NCBI GenBank assembly: GCA_964016885.1
Contig: OZ024740.1
Coordinates: forward strand, 111,166,001 to 111,230,000
DNA from: Eledone cirrhosa
Taxonomy: Eukaryota
Reading direction: 5' to 3'
DNA: 64,000 nt
Shown here: piece by piece, positions 14,664-27,472 of the stretch
Position numbering within the stretch: position 1 is the first letter of the stretch
Layout of the letters: each line of letters opens with the position of its first letter
Translations under genes and position numbers: made by a program
Notes under the pieces: model-generated
Told to the model about the DNA's origin: nothing
The model's input: the letters and a program-made list of their open reading frames with translations, nothing else
Databases searched by the model: none

Positions 14664-15499
14664 TATATAGACGAGCTTCTGTAATTTCCGTCTACCAAAT
14701 TCCACTCACAAAGCCGTTTGTGAAACTGAAGCTATAGTAGAACACATTTGCCGAAATTGCTGCACAACTGTTTATTAATTTATATGATTTAGATGTTATA
14801 TTTATTATGAATAAAAATACGTAAACTATTTCAAATGATGCTGTTTCGATGCTTCGTAGGTACCTATGCCTACAGTTCCGGCTCCACGTTTACTTTACCC
14901 GATTTTTAAAACTATTATTTAAAGTGATCTTCGATGGGTCACACACATTTTCAAATAAAATATTTCGATTGATTTCCAATAGATTCCGTATTTGTTGTTT
15001 CTAAGGAAACAGTTTGTTATAGTTACAAAAATCGGTGGATCCTCTGTCGATGTCAATGATCAACATTCAATTGTTCAGTCAATTGTACTTCTGCTCGTGA
15101 ATTAATGTGCAAGTGGCTGAGTATTTCACAGACACCTATACCCTTGACCATAACATCATTCTTAAGCAAAAACGTTTGAATTACAGGTGCTGTCTATCTG
15201 ACAGACGTCCACACAATTTCAGTCTACTCAATTTCATTCACATGTCTTGGATCCACTTGACGTTAGACCACCGTCCTTTGCCCGAGATGCAAAACAGTAT
15301 GATCGAACTTGGTACTTCAGGACTGGGACCCATGATTGCGTTCAATTGCCAAAATATAATTATGCTGATTGAAATATTTGACTTTGATTGACAGTTAATT
15401 AGCCAGTCAGAGAAAAAAAAAAGTTAAACAGTTAGACAGATATATAGATAACTAAATAGACAGACAGGTCGATAGATAGAGAGAGAGAAATGGGAGAGG

Positions 15500-15642
<143 letters not shown>

Positions 15643-16129
15643 GGAAAGAGATATATGGCGATTAAGATATTCGGTAAATTTTCGAAGATTTTATACACTG
15701 AAAATCTCCCTGGTAATTCTGTCACATGATGTCCACATGTCAAACTTGTGCAGCTGGAAGTCGGTCAGCTACTAATGCATCGTAAGCATTTTCGTATTTG
15801 CTGCCAGCACCGTGGCGAAATGAAAATGACAAACTGGATAAGATGTCACTCTCACGGTCTCAACTGGATCCACCGTGTGGTTTTCCTTGTGAAATGCAAT
15901 TGTAACATATTTTGTCTGACTCACATAGGTTGTTCTTACAATTATGCATAAATACCAACGGTATAGTGGCCATTCAAAGCAATGAAGAACTAGTCGGACA
16001 GTGCAATTGACTAAACGGCGACAGCATTGGCTTTAAACATTCATACTATTTCAACTTTAATCCATGCCAAGAACTATTTAGTGTTACTCACCTCTAAACC
16101 CACCATACACACACGCACAAACACACACA

Positions 16130-16253
<124 letters not shown>

Positions 16254-16557
16254 AGATTTGCATAAAAGATATCCAACTAAACCAACATTTATTGCTATTA
16301 TATTACACCACTAATATTATGGTAGCTCAACATGCTTTAAATTACAACCTATTCGCTTAAAAAGAAAAATACACATTGGGTAATGTAGCCTTAGATACAC
16401 TATGCCTGTAAACGATGGAATAGCCACGGTTGTAATTGTCAATCAGGGCAGACTTCTGCTTAAATAATATCAAGAACAACTACACTATACTACATATCTG
16501 CAATAGCTCTCCTAAGGATTCTTTTTACTCAATTGAATAGTGAATAGCATTTAAATA

Positions 16558-16718
16558 CCGTATTTCCTGGCGCTGAAGACGCTTCGTCGTCGAGGACGCA
16601 CCCTAATTTTGACAACGAAAATAAAAAAAAAAAAAAACCTTCGGCCTCCAGGACACATAGTAGATTTTTGAGACTTATTTTAGGAAAAAAGTAGCGTCTT
16701 CGACGTTGGGAAATGCGG
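16558..16718. mobile_element. MITE (Tc1/pogo type) with TA target duplication
   Basis: TA-CCGTATTTCCTGGCGCTGAAGACGC ... GCGTCTTCGACGTTGGGAAATGCGG-TA, imperfect TIRs. Confidence 0.75.
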
Positions 16719-17991
16719 TACATTGAAACACCCTGAATTCTTAAAAATAGAACGTAACAGTAAATAATGTAGTCATAGATACATTATGCCTGCAAAATAT
16801 GTGGTGATTGCAAATGGAAGCTTCAAACAGTGTTTATTTGAGACAAAATATCATCAACAGCACCTATAATACATTGTAACCTCGCATCTGAGCCTCTATG
16901 AGAGCTCACTTGATCAGCTATATTCAGCAGCCAAATCCCCTTCACATACAAGTTTATTCGGTTAAAAAGGGGAAGGTACATTGGATAATATAATCTAAGA
17001 TTATCTGGTTTGAAAGAACCCTACAATGTACTCTAACTCTACACCAGAGCTCATATCAGCTACATCGACTTATTAAAATAGCAGCCCTATTGCCGTCAAA
17101 TCACATTCTATTTCCTTTTTATACATGCACGTTGGATAATAACGCTTTGGATATAATACGTCTGCAAAAGTCGGAATGGACACATCTGAAGCACTCAATC
17201 AAGACTTATTTTGAGATAAATAACATCTAAAACAATTTCCCTGAATTCTAACTTTGTAATAGTCTCTATACATTCGTTCTACTTGAAGCAAATAAATGTA
17301 AATTGATTTTAAACTAATCCGAAACGAAAATAACATTCAGGGTTCAACGAGTATACGAAAGTAAAGGTATTTTACACAGACGTAATATTAACACAAGTTT
17401 GATTGTAACATGTTGGAGAGGCAATAAATATTGCTATTGTGGTTGTTAAAGTTCCAATGTAATAGATATAAAAGTAAATGAGAAAGACACCAAATATTTT
17501 TATAGAAGCAACGAATGGTTTTTAATTTAGACACATTTTCATGACGTGAGATAGAAACATTACAGATGATATCAAGATTACAAAGTACAGGCTCTTCCAT
17601 TAGTGATTCAGTGAAACGTAATGAAAAAAATCTGACATGTGTTTGGAACATATTGTACTTAACTTATCACATGACTTTTCTTTAAGATATTGAAAGTTTT
17701 GTCTGCTAGCAACTGTTGATTGTATTATGTTTGGAAATGATTTTAACGAAATTAAACTTTCACGTTTACATATATATATAATACATATGTAATGTATATA
17801 CACAGATAGATTAACCTCGTTGTAGCTCTTAACACACTGACACACGTAGCAATGAACACATGTCCACACACAGATTGACAAAAAAAAACAAACACACACA
17901 CATACACTTACATACACGGGTTCATGAGTATATTAAAGTGCATATAGGTATAATTAAATAAATACAATATATTTTGTCTGTGAATGTTTGC

Positions 17992-18066
<75 letters not shown>

Positions 18067-18185
18067 GAGAGAGAGATAGAAAGATAGATAGATATAGATG
18101 TGTGTGTGTGTGTGTGTGTGTGTGCCTGTTTATGTTTATCTGTCCATATATAACTATTTCTTTCTTGCGCTTTCTTTTTTTTTTG

Positions 18186-18229
<44 letters not shown>

Positions 18230-18242
18230 TATATATAAATAA

Positions 18243-18277
<35 letters not shown>

Positions 18278-18279
<2 letters not shown>

Positions 18280-18424
18280 AACCAGTAAGACCCCGACAGC
18301 TGAGCTCAAGCCGTTTCGACGGCTAATTCTGGACTCGGTTCCTATTACACACTCTACTACCTCAAGTATTGAGTACTTTGGTGCGTTATGGTCCACCTGG
18401 TTCCTTACCACATTTCCTTCGTTA
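18278..18424 (+). mobile_element. Family A element: inverted arm plus tail in (TA)n
   Basis: Same outer ends as 1599-1753 but a different internal junction (...CTGGACTC|GGTTCCTATT...). Confidence 0.85.
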
Positions 18425-18445
18425 TATATATATATATATATATAT

Positions 18446-18867
18446 AAACGGAAAAAATGAAACGATATTTCATTTCCCACTCTTAGTACGGCTGTTACTT
18501 AAATATAAGTATATACACGTACATACATATATGTATACCGACGTACAGTAGTATGTATATATATATATACATACATGCACACATATATATATGCGCGTAT
18601 GGATTCACCGAACATTTATTATAATGCTCGGTGTGTTTGTAAACAAACATCCCGTATTAAGCCGTAGTGTCTAGCAACCACCGTTGCTCGTTTGTTCAAC
18701 ACTGACAAAGGAACGCTGTACTAGTTTCAAGCTTGTTAGCTATCGTCAGCAACGTATACCTTCCTGCCAGATTGTTGAACGTATATACTTACCTTATGCA
18801 TATTAACGGCTGAGTAGCCCAATTTGCATATCGAGTGGGTTAATCGGCCGGGTGCACCGAAAACGAT
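18446..18867 (-). mobile_element. Family B retrozyme-like element, exactly one ~422-bp unit in (TA)n
   Basis: Homologous to 52524-53452; its two ends are adjacent in the tandem junction CGAAAACGAT|AAACGGAAAAATG at ~52898. Confidence 0.85.
18713..18755 (-). ncRNA. Type I hammerhead ribozyme (family B)
   Basis: ACGTTG-CTGACGA-tAGCT-AACA-AGCTt-GAAA-CTAG-TA-CAGCGT; 6-bp stem I, palindromic A-CTAG-T stem III. Confidence 0.9.
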
Positions 18868-18920
18868 ATATATATATAAATAAATAAATAAATATATATA
18901 TAAATATATATATAAATAAA

Positions 18921-18980
<60 letters not shown>

Positions 18981-18983
<3 letters not shown>

Positions 18984-19174
18984 CGAAGGAAATGTGGTAA
19001 GGAACCAGGTGGACCATAACGCACCAAAGTACTCAATACTTGAGGTAGTAGAGTGGGTAATAGGAACCAGTAAGACCCCGACAGCTGAGCTCAAGCCGTT
19101 TCGACGGCTAATTCTCCGAGAATTAGCCGTCGAAACGGCTTGAGCTCAGCTGTCGGGGTCTTACTGGTTCCTAT
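18981..19174 (-). mobile_element. Family A element with a perfect 57-bp-arm palindrome (19060-19116 / 19118-19174)
   Basis: Each arm holds the HHR 3' half GAAA-CGGCT-TGAGCTC-AGCTG-TC-GGGGTC; the tail extends left to the TA array. Confidence 0.88.
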
Positions 19175-19604
19175 ATATATATATATGTATATGTATGTAA
19201 GCATAGATATATACATCGATATGTGTAATCTGTAATATTACATTATGTTTTCTAGTTAGATATTTTTTGTAAAACATGTGGAAATATATAAATACATGAA
19301 CTAAAATTCAGTTCTTATATATATTGTTGATGTTTTTATTATTGTTTTCGTATAAATTATATATACGAAAAAGTAAATGATCTATTTCGTTATACACACA
19401 CTACATATTTACATGCATACATACATGCATACATACATGCATACATGCATATACACATATTGCATACATATCTGAATAGGTGCACATAACTGAGTCTGAT
19501 TGTGTCAATGCCTGAGTATGTTATTTAATTATACTTTATCTGTCTTCGTGTGTGCCTGTCTCTATATGTATGTGTGTGTCTACGTAGTTTTCTCTCTCTC
19601 TCTC

Positions 19605-19650
<46 letters not shown>

Positions 19651-19869
19651 TACCTCTCTCTCTCTCTGTATATGTGTGTTTATGTATATGTGTGTTTATG
19701 TGTATGTGTGTTTGTGTCTGCACTTGTGTCTGTGTGTGGGTTAATCTATGTACAGTCACACATTATATAGCTCGGTAAGATTTGAAATGAATGAATGAAA
19801 ACATGTGCATCCTGGTTATACATACTCAATTTTTAAGAGAAAGAATATACATGTACACAAACACCCCAC

Positions 19870-19976
<107 letters not shown>

Positions 19977-20053
19977 AAAGGTAACAGAAATAACAACACA
20001 ATCGTTGTATGGAAGAATATATTAAGTTAACGCTTGAAATAGCAGGAAGAGGG

Positions 20054-20089
20054 TCTTAACGTTTCGGACGCTAGCCCTTCATCAGAAGA
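20054..20089 (-). ncRNA. Minimal type I hammerhead (Penelope pLTR type) in insert 19975-20186
   Basis: TCTT-CTGATGA-aGGGC-TAGC-GTCC-GAAA-CG-TT-AAGA. Confidence 0.85.
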
Positions 20090-20289
20090 AAGAATGAGAA
20101 ATAAGATAGGTTGAAGGGACGGGCGGGTTAGAATTGGAAAAAATCTCTTTGGATAAATATAACAGATCCATTCCTGTTGAAAACTCATATATATATATAT
20201 ATAGTAAGTTATTCCGGGTTAAATCGGAGGTAACCACAGTAAGTAAGGTACTCAATACATAGCAGAGTATAAAAGTTTTAAAATAGATG

Positions 20290-20340
20290 AGATTCTACAG
20301 GACTAGAACTGTTTCATTCTTGAGAAATCATCAGGAATCT
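20290..20340 (-). ncRNA. Type I hammerhead ribozyme (family C)
   Basis: AGATTC-CTGATGA-tTTC-TCAA-GAAt-GAAA-CAG-TTCTAGTC-CTG-TA-GAATCT. Confidence 0.88.
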
Positions 20341-20579
20341 GACTGTCCAAGTAAATATGGTGGTATTTATATCTTTTCTGGCGGTAGGAGAGGGTGGGGA
20401 GTGGGGTGGGTGGAGGTCATTGGTTAAAAGAAAAGGGAATTCATTAAAAGCTAATTCTAATAGCTTTAAAGAATTAGCTTTTAATGAATTCCCTTTTCTT
20501 TCAACCAATGACCTCCACCCATCCCACTCCCCACCTTCTCCTACTACCAGAAAAGATATAAATATTTACTTGGACAGTC

Positions 20580-20630
20580 AGATTTCTGATGATTTCTCAA
20601 GAATGAAACAGTTCTAGTCCTGTAGAATCT
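20580..20630 (+). ncRNA. Type I hammerhead ribozyme (family C, mirror arm)
   Basis: AGATTT-CTGATGA-TTTCTCAAGAAT-GAAA-CAG...CTG-TA-GAATCT; one G-U pair in stem I. Confidence 0.86.
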
Positions 20631-20695
<65 letters not shown>

Positions 20696-21213
20696 TAAGG
20701 TTATATCTGTATAAATGTAAACTTGCGTAATTGAGAATGCACCAATCATGCCGGGAAATACGAACTTCCATGTAAACATGAAAAACAACCTTTAGAATGT
20801 GCAACAAAGACTATACTAACGTATACAAATATATAAATATAATGTGTTTATACATATATAACTTTATCATAGACTTCGACAGCTGGCGCTCTCCGAACTA
20901 TATAACTCAATTAATTACCACAACGAACGGTAATTTTATGCAAATTTGTACCTCCATTTCAGAATAATACTATGCGAGAATGGGTACATATACACATCAA
21001 ATACATGTGTCTTTGTGGTTGATTGGATGAGGTAGGGACCAATTAACTCAAAAAGTCGATTAATAATGTTTATCATTTTAAAATTTACATGGAAATTTTC
21101 CTACATGTTACCTATGTATACAAATTTATTACATGCTGGTGCTGTCTCGGTTACACATTCTGTATTTATACAGATTATAACTTTATCATACACTCTAATA
21201 GCTAGCGCATTTC

Positions 21214-21215
<2 letters not shown>
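20696..21215 (+). mobile_element. Old element with the same inverted arm + ~319-bp unit + tail layout, decayed HHR
   Basis: 20698-20750 is the diverged reverse complement of 21131-21184; ATAACTTTATCATA recurs at 20858 and 21177; octamer at 20938; GGATGAG...CTC-AAAAA-GTCGAT-TA at ~21025-21062. Confidence 0.55.
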
Positions 21216-21256
<41 letters not shown>

Positions 21257-21389
21257 ATGTATATATAGAGAGATAGATAGATATAGATATATACATACAT
21301 GTATACATGTATATATATATTCATTTATACATACATGTATATATATACATGTATGTTTATGTATGTATACCTTACATATGTATATGTGA

Positions 21390-21437
<48 letters not shown>

Positions 21438-21648
21438 TTATATTTGTCTACGTACACATAAGAATGAACTGTATTGGATTAAAAATCAAAATACATAAAA
21501 TGGTAAAATGGCAAACAAAATTATATTTAAGATGATTATTGAGGGGAAGAAAAAATTAAATCTCTGATGTTATTTGACTGACATTTGATTGCCAATGGAT
21601 CAGAGGATAATAGTAATAATAATGATTTCTTTATTTCAGAAGATAATC

Positions 21649-21692
<44 letters not shown>

Positions 21693-22074
21693 TGTACTAA
21701 TAATAATAATAATAATGATAATAATAAACATAAAGAACGGCAGCGACCTGTAGGGTTTTATGCAGACAAATATATATGTATAGACATGCTTGTAAATATT
21801 ACGCACCAGAGATAGACAAACACATTCTTATATGTACATACGCATGCACACACATACACAGATACACACATATATACATGTGTGTGTGTGTGTGTGCGCG
21901 CGCCCGCGTGTGTGTGTGTATGTGTGTGTGATATATGTAAGTTGATGTATTTTTATATTTCATGCATACTATTCCTCTATGCATAAATCCGAAGTTATAC
22001 ATACATGTTGCGTGCGTACACACAAACATACACCACATTACACGTGGAAACACTTACACACATACACACACACA

Positions 22075-22106
<32 letters not shown>

Positions 22107-22163
22107 CATATATATGTATACAACTACATAAACCAGCATATTTACATACATATATATATATAT

Positions 22164-22654
22164 TAGACCTTGATTTTATGTTCTGGCTTGTTAATTTATT
22201 AACCCGCCATAGAACCACATTGGCATACGGTTGGATAATACTTGTTTCCCTATATGTATTTTTACACGTAGGAATTCATACTTTATTATTATTGATCTCC
22301 CCCTAAGGTAGAGATAACATTTTGGGCGTTTGGACTGCTGCTATTTCTAGTGGCAGGACATTGACCTTTTCACCCTGCCTTTTGTCTTTGCACACGGCAC
22401 CAGACAGAATTATTTCTTTCATCATTCACTTTCATTTGGGAATGGCTTTGTATGGCCTCAGTTTGTGATTTGGACTCGGGAATTTTATATTCTCCGAGGG
22501 AGAAGAGCCTTCTGAAGATTGCTCACTTCTCAATGAAATCCGCTTGGATTTTCCGTTTATTCTGGAGTTGAAACCGCGGTAAAGGCACTTATAGTAAGTA
22601 CAGCGAATTTTTAAAAATTCATTTTAAAACTTTTTCTCTATTTGCTAGACCTTG

Positions 22655-22661
<7 letters not shown>
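22164..22661 (+). mobile_element. Family H retrozyme-like element: one 482-bp unit plus a 16-bp terminal direct repeat, in (TA)n
   Basis: TAGACCTTGATTTTAT at 22164 and 22646; internal HHR. Confidence 0.8.
22507..22586 (+). ncRNA. Type I hammerhead ribozyme (family H)
   Basis: GCCTT-CTGAAGA-[~50-nt stem II, GCTC/GAGT and ATCC/GGAT]-GAAA-CCGCGG-TA-AAGGC. Confidence 0.87.
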
Positions 22662-22718
<57 letters not shown>

Positions 22719-22999
22719 CGTGTGTGTGTGTGTTTGTTTGTGTGTGTGGGTGAGTGTGTATTAAATTGTCCCGCCTATTTAAGCCCATATCGAACCGAAT
22801 CAAAACGGGGGCGCACAAGAAAAAGACAACGGAAAAGACCCAGAAAAATGAACAGTCCCTTCTCTTTAGATAACCCCTCGAAATCCTTATAGATTTGGTG
22901 CAGTCAATTTGAGACTCTTCATTCTAATGCTTAATCAATGATAACAGAACAATACATAGAAACAGAGGACAAATTGTGACTTTCGGCGAATTACACAAA

Positions 23000-23190
23000 T
23001 AATTGTTTCTACTTTTGGCACAAGGCCAGCAATTATTCCAGTGTATAACTGGTACTCTATTTTATCGACCCCGTAAGGATGAAAGGCAAAGTTAACCTCG
23101 GCGGGATTTGAACTCAGACCATAAAGGGCGTAACTCTATGCTGCAAAGCATGGCGTCCGACCCTCTAGCGATACTGCCAATACACCGTCC
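23000..23190 (-). mobile_element. tRNA-derived SINE, full length
   Basis: Same family as 13482-13670. Confidence 0.9.
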
Positions 23191-23354
23191 TGAATTAAGG
23201 CGGTGAATTACACAAATAATGAAATAAAAAAGAAAGGCTACAAACCAATGTGCTTCAATTTATAGGGAGAGATGTGTAATAGCCTTGCCAAAAAGAGCAA
23301 GGTATATATTTACATATCTATATATATATGTATGTATAAATATATATATAAATA

Positions 23355-23612
23355 TACTTTCTGTCTAAAGCCCAGCATCTAACCGGGCCGCTGTTCATCC
23401 CAGTTCCACCGGCGTTTAACGCCTAAGAAAAAAAGTCTCCTCAATGGATAGGACGCCAGTCCATCGCAAGTTTAACCCCCAACTGCTCCTGGTACTCTTT
23501 TCAGCCGTGAAATGATTTGTTTTGCTCAAGATCAAAACACCCCTCACGGTCCGTGAGTCGAACCCAAGACGTTATGTTCGCAAGTCCTACACTCTAACCA
23601 CTATACCACGCA
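23355..23612 (-). mobile_element. Second tRNA-derived SINE family (V/CORE-like body)
   Basis: Minus strand has A-box GTGGTATAGTGGTTAG, B-box GGTTCGACTC, and GCGATGGACTGGCGTCCTATCCA; related pieces at ~11100-11470 and 34185-34270. Confidence 0.7.
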
Positions 23613-23639
23613 ACATTATTTATATGTACACAGAGATCT

Positions 23640-24210
23640 AAAGTTCACATGTATGAATGCTCGGATATGGCTTTTCAAGCCAGCTTGCACTTCTTCACAC
23701 ATTGACGACAACTATGGAGCTCCCTAGCCACATGTCTTGCATCAGGTTGCCTGTGAACCTTCACATGCCGCTTCATTCCTGCTACAGATCGACATTTTTT
23801 GCCCCATTCATTACATTTTTCTATACCGTTGAGACCATAGTTCGCTACTTCTACTTGAACATGGCTACGACTGTCGCTCCTGAAACCAGATTTCTCAAGT
23901 GCATCTTTCCACACTCAGGACACATCAATTCAATGGAGACACCAATCGTTTCGAGAGATACATCAAGGCATTGCTTACGCACATCCCATTTCTTCTTCTC
24001 GTCCTCTTCGCGTCCCTCCTCAAAATGTTGACCCCTTCATTCACCATTCCACGCCAAGTTTCTCTTTCAATGGCTTCTAACTCCCCAGTCAACCACCATT
24101 AAACCAGATTTTTCAATGAGTCGTTTAAACAATCTTTGAATCGGAGCTTTGGATTGTGAGGTGGTCTCTTACCTTTATAAAGCTCGCCATACAAAAGCTG
24201 TTTCGGTATT
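23640..24210 (-). mobile_element. RTE (BovB-like) LINE 3' fragment with terminal C2H2-like motifs
   Basis: Minus translation IPKQLLYGELYKGKRPPHNPKLRFKD...RETWR...KCNEWGKKCRSVAGMKRHVKVH. Confidence 0.8.
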
Positions 24211-24246
24211 ACATACATAAATACATGATGCATACATACATAAATA

Positions 24247-24743
24247 CCTGATGACTGCCGCCTCGTTATCGAGTATGGCCATATCAGGATATAACATTAT
24301 TAATACTTATCAATTAATGATATCGTGCAATACCTGTGCGTGAATATTTTTTTTAAGTGAGGAAACACTGTGCACTGAGCCAATCGCACTCTCTGAACGA
24401 CAGTAACTAAAACCCGAAAAGAAGAAAAGACCAACATCATCGGTAACAACTGAGCCGTAGGTTTTATGTCGGAGTTATCCCAGTTTCCTGAGTTGCCTTC
24501 TCTTAGAAGTATGCCCTGACAAAGGCTAGGGGTCCTTCGCACCCAGTAGTTTAACCGCGCATGTACTCGCGCATATATACACATATGTATACAGGTATAT
24601 ACATATATACATATGTATACATACACGCATACATACACATATGTATACTTGGTGGGGTTTGCAGGTTTAGTGGCCGACGACCCGACCATGTGACACGTTG
24701 TACTGGGTTACATGTTACCAGTAGCACTCAAGTGTGAGCCGAC
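24247..24743 (-). mobile_element. Diverged relative of the 51067/57193 non-autonomous element
   Basis: Shares 5' GTGCTACTGGTAACATGTA..CCCAGTACAAC and 3' GGCC.TACTCGA.AACGAG..GGCAG ends. Confidence 0.7.
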
Positions 24744-24795
24744 ACAAATACATACATACGTACATACATACACACAAGCACGCACACATACACAC

Positions 24796-24858
<63 letters not shown>

Positions 24859-26667
24859 CGTGTGAACATCTAGTTGACTTCAGAAACATTGAGAACATTT
24901 GAAATATAGTCGTCCCGATGTAAATGACTGAAACGATAGTCGATCGCTATAAATAATGGTTGAGAATACTTGATAAAGTACACCTTGTGACGGAACATGT
25001 GAACAGAGAACAAGGTGTGGCCAGGGACCTCTTAGAGTAATGGTTAACGTACTCACCTCGCTTGAGTCTCTGTCTAGTTTCTTTTTGTTTCCGGTTCAGA
25101 GTTACTCTACTCAACTTCCTCAACAATTACTCATAGTAAACGACTGCTGTTACAGTCATTGGATCTCAAATTTTTATCTTCGTTACATAAAATACATGCG
25201 ACCCATGACAATATTTTCGTACTTCCAAACAGATCCATTAAGTAGGATATTATTAGATGTAGCATTTATGCTAGTTTCCGCCGTTTAATAACATCTGTGA
25301 AGCTTTGCAAAAAGTAAAGCAACATAAATGTAAAATGGCTGCAAAATAATACATAATTTGATCCGACACTTTAACACAGTTGAAATAATATTCCAATCGT
25401 TAAATAAATGAAGGAACCATTATTCCTATTGTTCATATATTTTGTATTTTTTATATTTCTTTTGGTGTTGTTGTGTTCATGTCCTTTTTCTCTATATTTT
25501 CTTCCTTCTACTTACCTCCCACCTCTACTCACTACATTACACACTTTCTATTTTACCCCCACGTTATTTTTTTGTGTTCCATTCACTACTACTGTTTATT
25601 TATTTTTCTTTTTTGGATTATTTTGCAGCTTGTATTCTCGTTCACTACGTTATGAGATCAAATCCTGCCAAAATCATTTAAAACTTTTATCCTTCTTGGG
25701 GTCGATAAAATAAAGTAGCAGTCAAGTGCTGGTGTCTATAGAATCGATCTTTTTCTCCACATCAATTGCTGAACTTCAATCTGGGGTCAAGATGATTGTT
25801 TTGTGATTTGCTTGAAATTCCCAGTACTCGGTGAAATATGTATAACGGAGTTTTAAACAAAACTGAATCAACTGAACATAGCCTCCAATCTCTTATTAAC
25901 TATATAAATATACATATATTTGTGTGTGTATGTATATCGCTCAACCTTCATATATATACATATATACATATATATATAAAGATACGAAGTTTGCGCGAGA
26001 GAGATAGAGTGACAAAGAAAAAGTTGGTGAATTGGTATTCTTTAAAGTATCGATAGAAGAAGCGAGGGTTAACGTTTGGGAGCATTCGATTCACGGTCAT
26101 AAGATCGTAATTTCCATTCCACGCGGTGCGTTGTGTCCTTAGGCAAGATACTTTATTTCATGCGGCCTCTTTGCATTCAGCTGACAAATCCAAAGGCCAG
26201 ACATGTGACATTCTCTCATGCTGAATCTCTTCGAGGACAAAGTTAAGGGGTTATGGGTATACGTGTCTGAGTAATGCTCTGTCATTTTCACGTTAATATA
26301 ACGAGTAGATTTATGATGATCATATAAATTGGTACACTCATCCCTGTAACGTTACGGTAATTATTTCGCCTATCTATGCCGAAGACTACTTTTAATTCTA
26401 TCTTTTCTGGGTTGAGAAAGAAAGATTTAGTTCACTGCTCGTAGATCTCTCTACACTTCTCGTTATTATATTCAAGGTCGAGAAAGAAAGAGCTAGAGTA
26501 TTTCTCGTATAAGTCAATACTCTGCTGGCTGTCATATTCAAGGTGATCTTCTAGATCAAGTTTAAGAGAGCCAAGAGGATAAAATAAAAGAATGGCGCTG
26601 GTCATCTAATAAACATAGCGAAATGAGGCTGTTTGCTTGAAAATGAATCGCAGCTGGAGTTCGTTTT

Positions 26668-26715
<48 letters not shown>

Positions 26716-26717
<2 letters not shown>

Positions 26718-27028
26718 CTTTGATAATTTTGACAGTTTTCGGCCAGTGTCGCCCTGGCCATATCTAAATATCTAACACCAACTGGCCATGTGTTGGACAC
26801 CGTGTTCCACTCAAGTAAAGTGATGTTGTTTTAGGAGATATATCCAGGTTGCATTTTATAGGATCCGTTTATCTTGATATATTTTAGTATGGTATTAAAG
26901 AGAGTGGGACGAGCTGCGGTGAAATAGCTGTGTCGTATTGTTGCTATGAATTGCAGGTTCTATTTCTCTGGCGGGCGGATAGCACCGAGGCTAACTCTGC
27001 GCTGGATTTTAAAGGTGATGGTAACATA
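26716..27028 (-). mobile_element. Old CR1-group LINE 3' fragment related to 42341-43447
   Basis: Minus translation ITFKIQRR...ATIRHSYFTAARPTLFN matches IAFKIHPR...[17 protein letters not shown]; similar 3' UTR and TCAAAGTTA tail. Confidence 0.82.
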
Positions 27029-27144
27029 TATATCTATTTAGCATTGATGGTTGTGAGGATGAATACTCAGTAAACAGTACAATAGAAACTCAAGAATAAC
27101 AGGACACTGACACGACCAGAATAAATTTACACACACACTCGTAC

Positions 27145-27215
<71 letters not shown>

Positions 27216-27216
<1 letters not shown>

Positions 27217-27404
27217 AACAAAGGAATTGTGGTAAGGAGCCAGATGGACCATAACGTACCAGAATACTCAATACTTAGGGTAGTAGAGTGGGAAATAGGA
27301 AAAAGTATGACCCCGACAGCAGAGCTCAAGCCGTTTCGACGACTATTTCTGGACTGAAATAACCATCGAAACGGCTGGAGCACTGCCGTCGGGGTCATAT
27401 TTTT

Positions 27405-27410
<6 letters not shown>
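27216..27410 (-). mobile_element. Family A variant fold-back element with diverged arms
   Basis: Tail homologous to family A; the 55-bp arms differ at 8 positions; a 20-bp orphan arm lies at 27488-27507. Confidence 0.85.

Positions 27411-27472
<62 letters not shown>

Larger units (their letters stand above)
20204..20632 (-). mobile_element. Family C fold-back element: ~165-bp arms (20289-20458 / 20470-20632) plus ~85-nt tail, in (TA)n
   Basis: Near-perfect palindrome with one 8-nt indel; each arm carries a complete HHR. Confidence 0.9.

Noticed and set aside
17600-17745. FPNI...TVAS...LK...LST pattern like a hAT dimerisation domain
   Set aside because: The key ERSFS motif is absent and there are no TIRs; too weak to call.
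23540-23612. tRNA gene (also 48600-48670)
   Set aside because: A/B boxes continue into SINE bodies and there is no complete cloverleaf.
24895-24950. AGTCGT/ATGACT stem followed by GAAA-CGATAG-TC
   Set aside because: No recognisable CTGANGA or stem I; at most a very decayed HHR.
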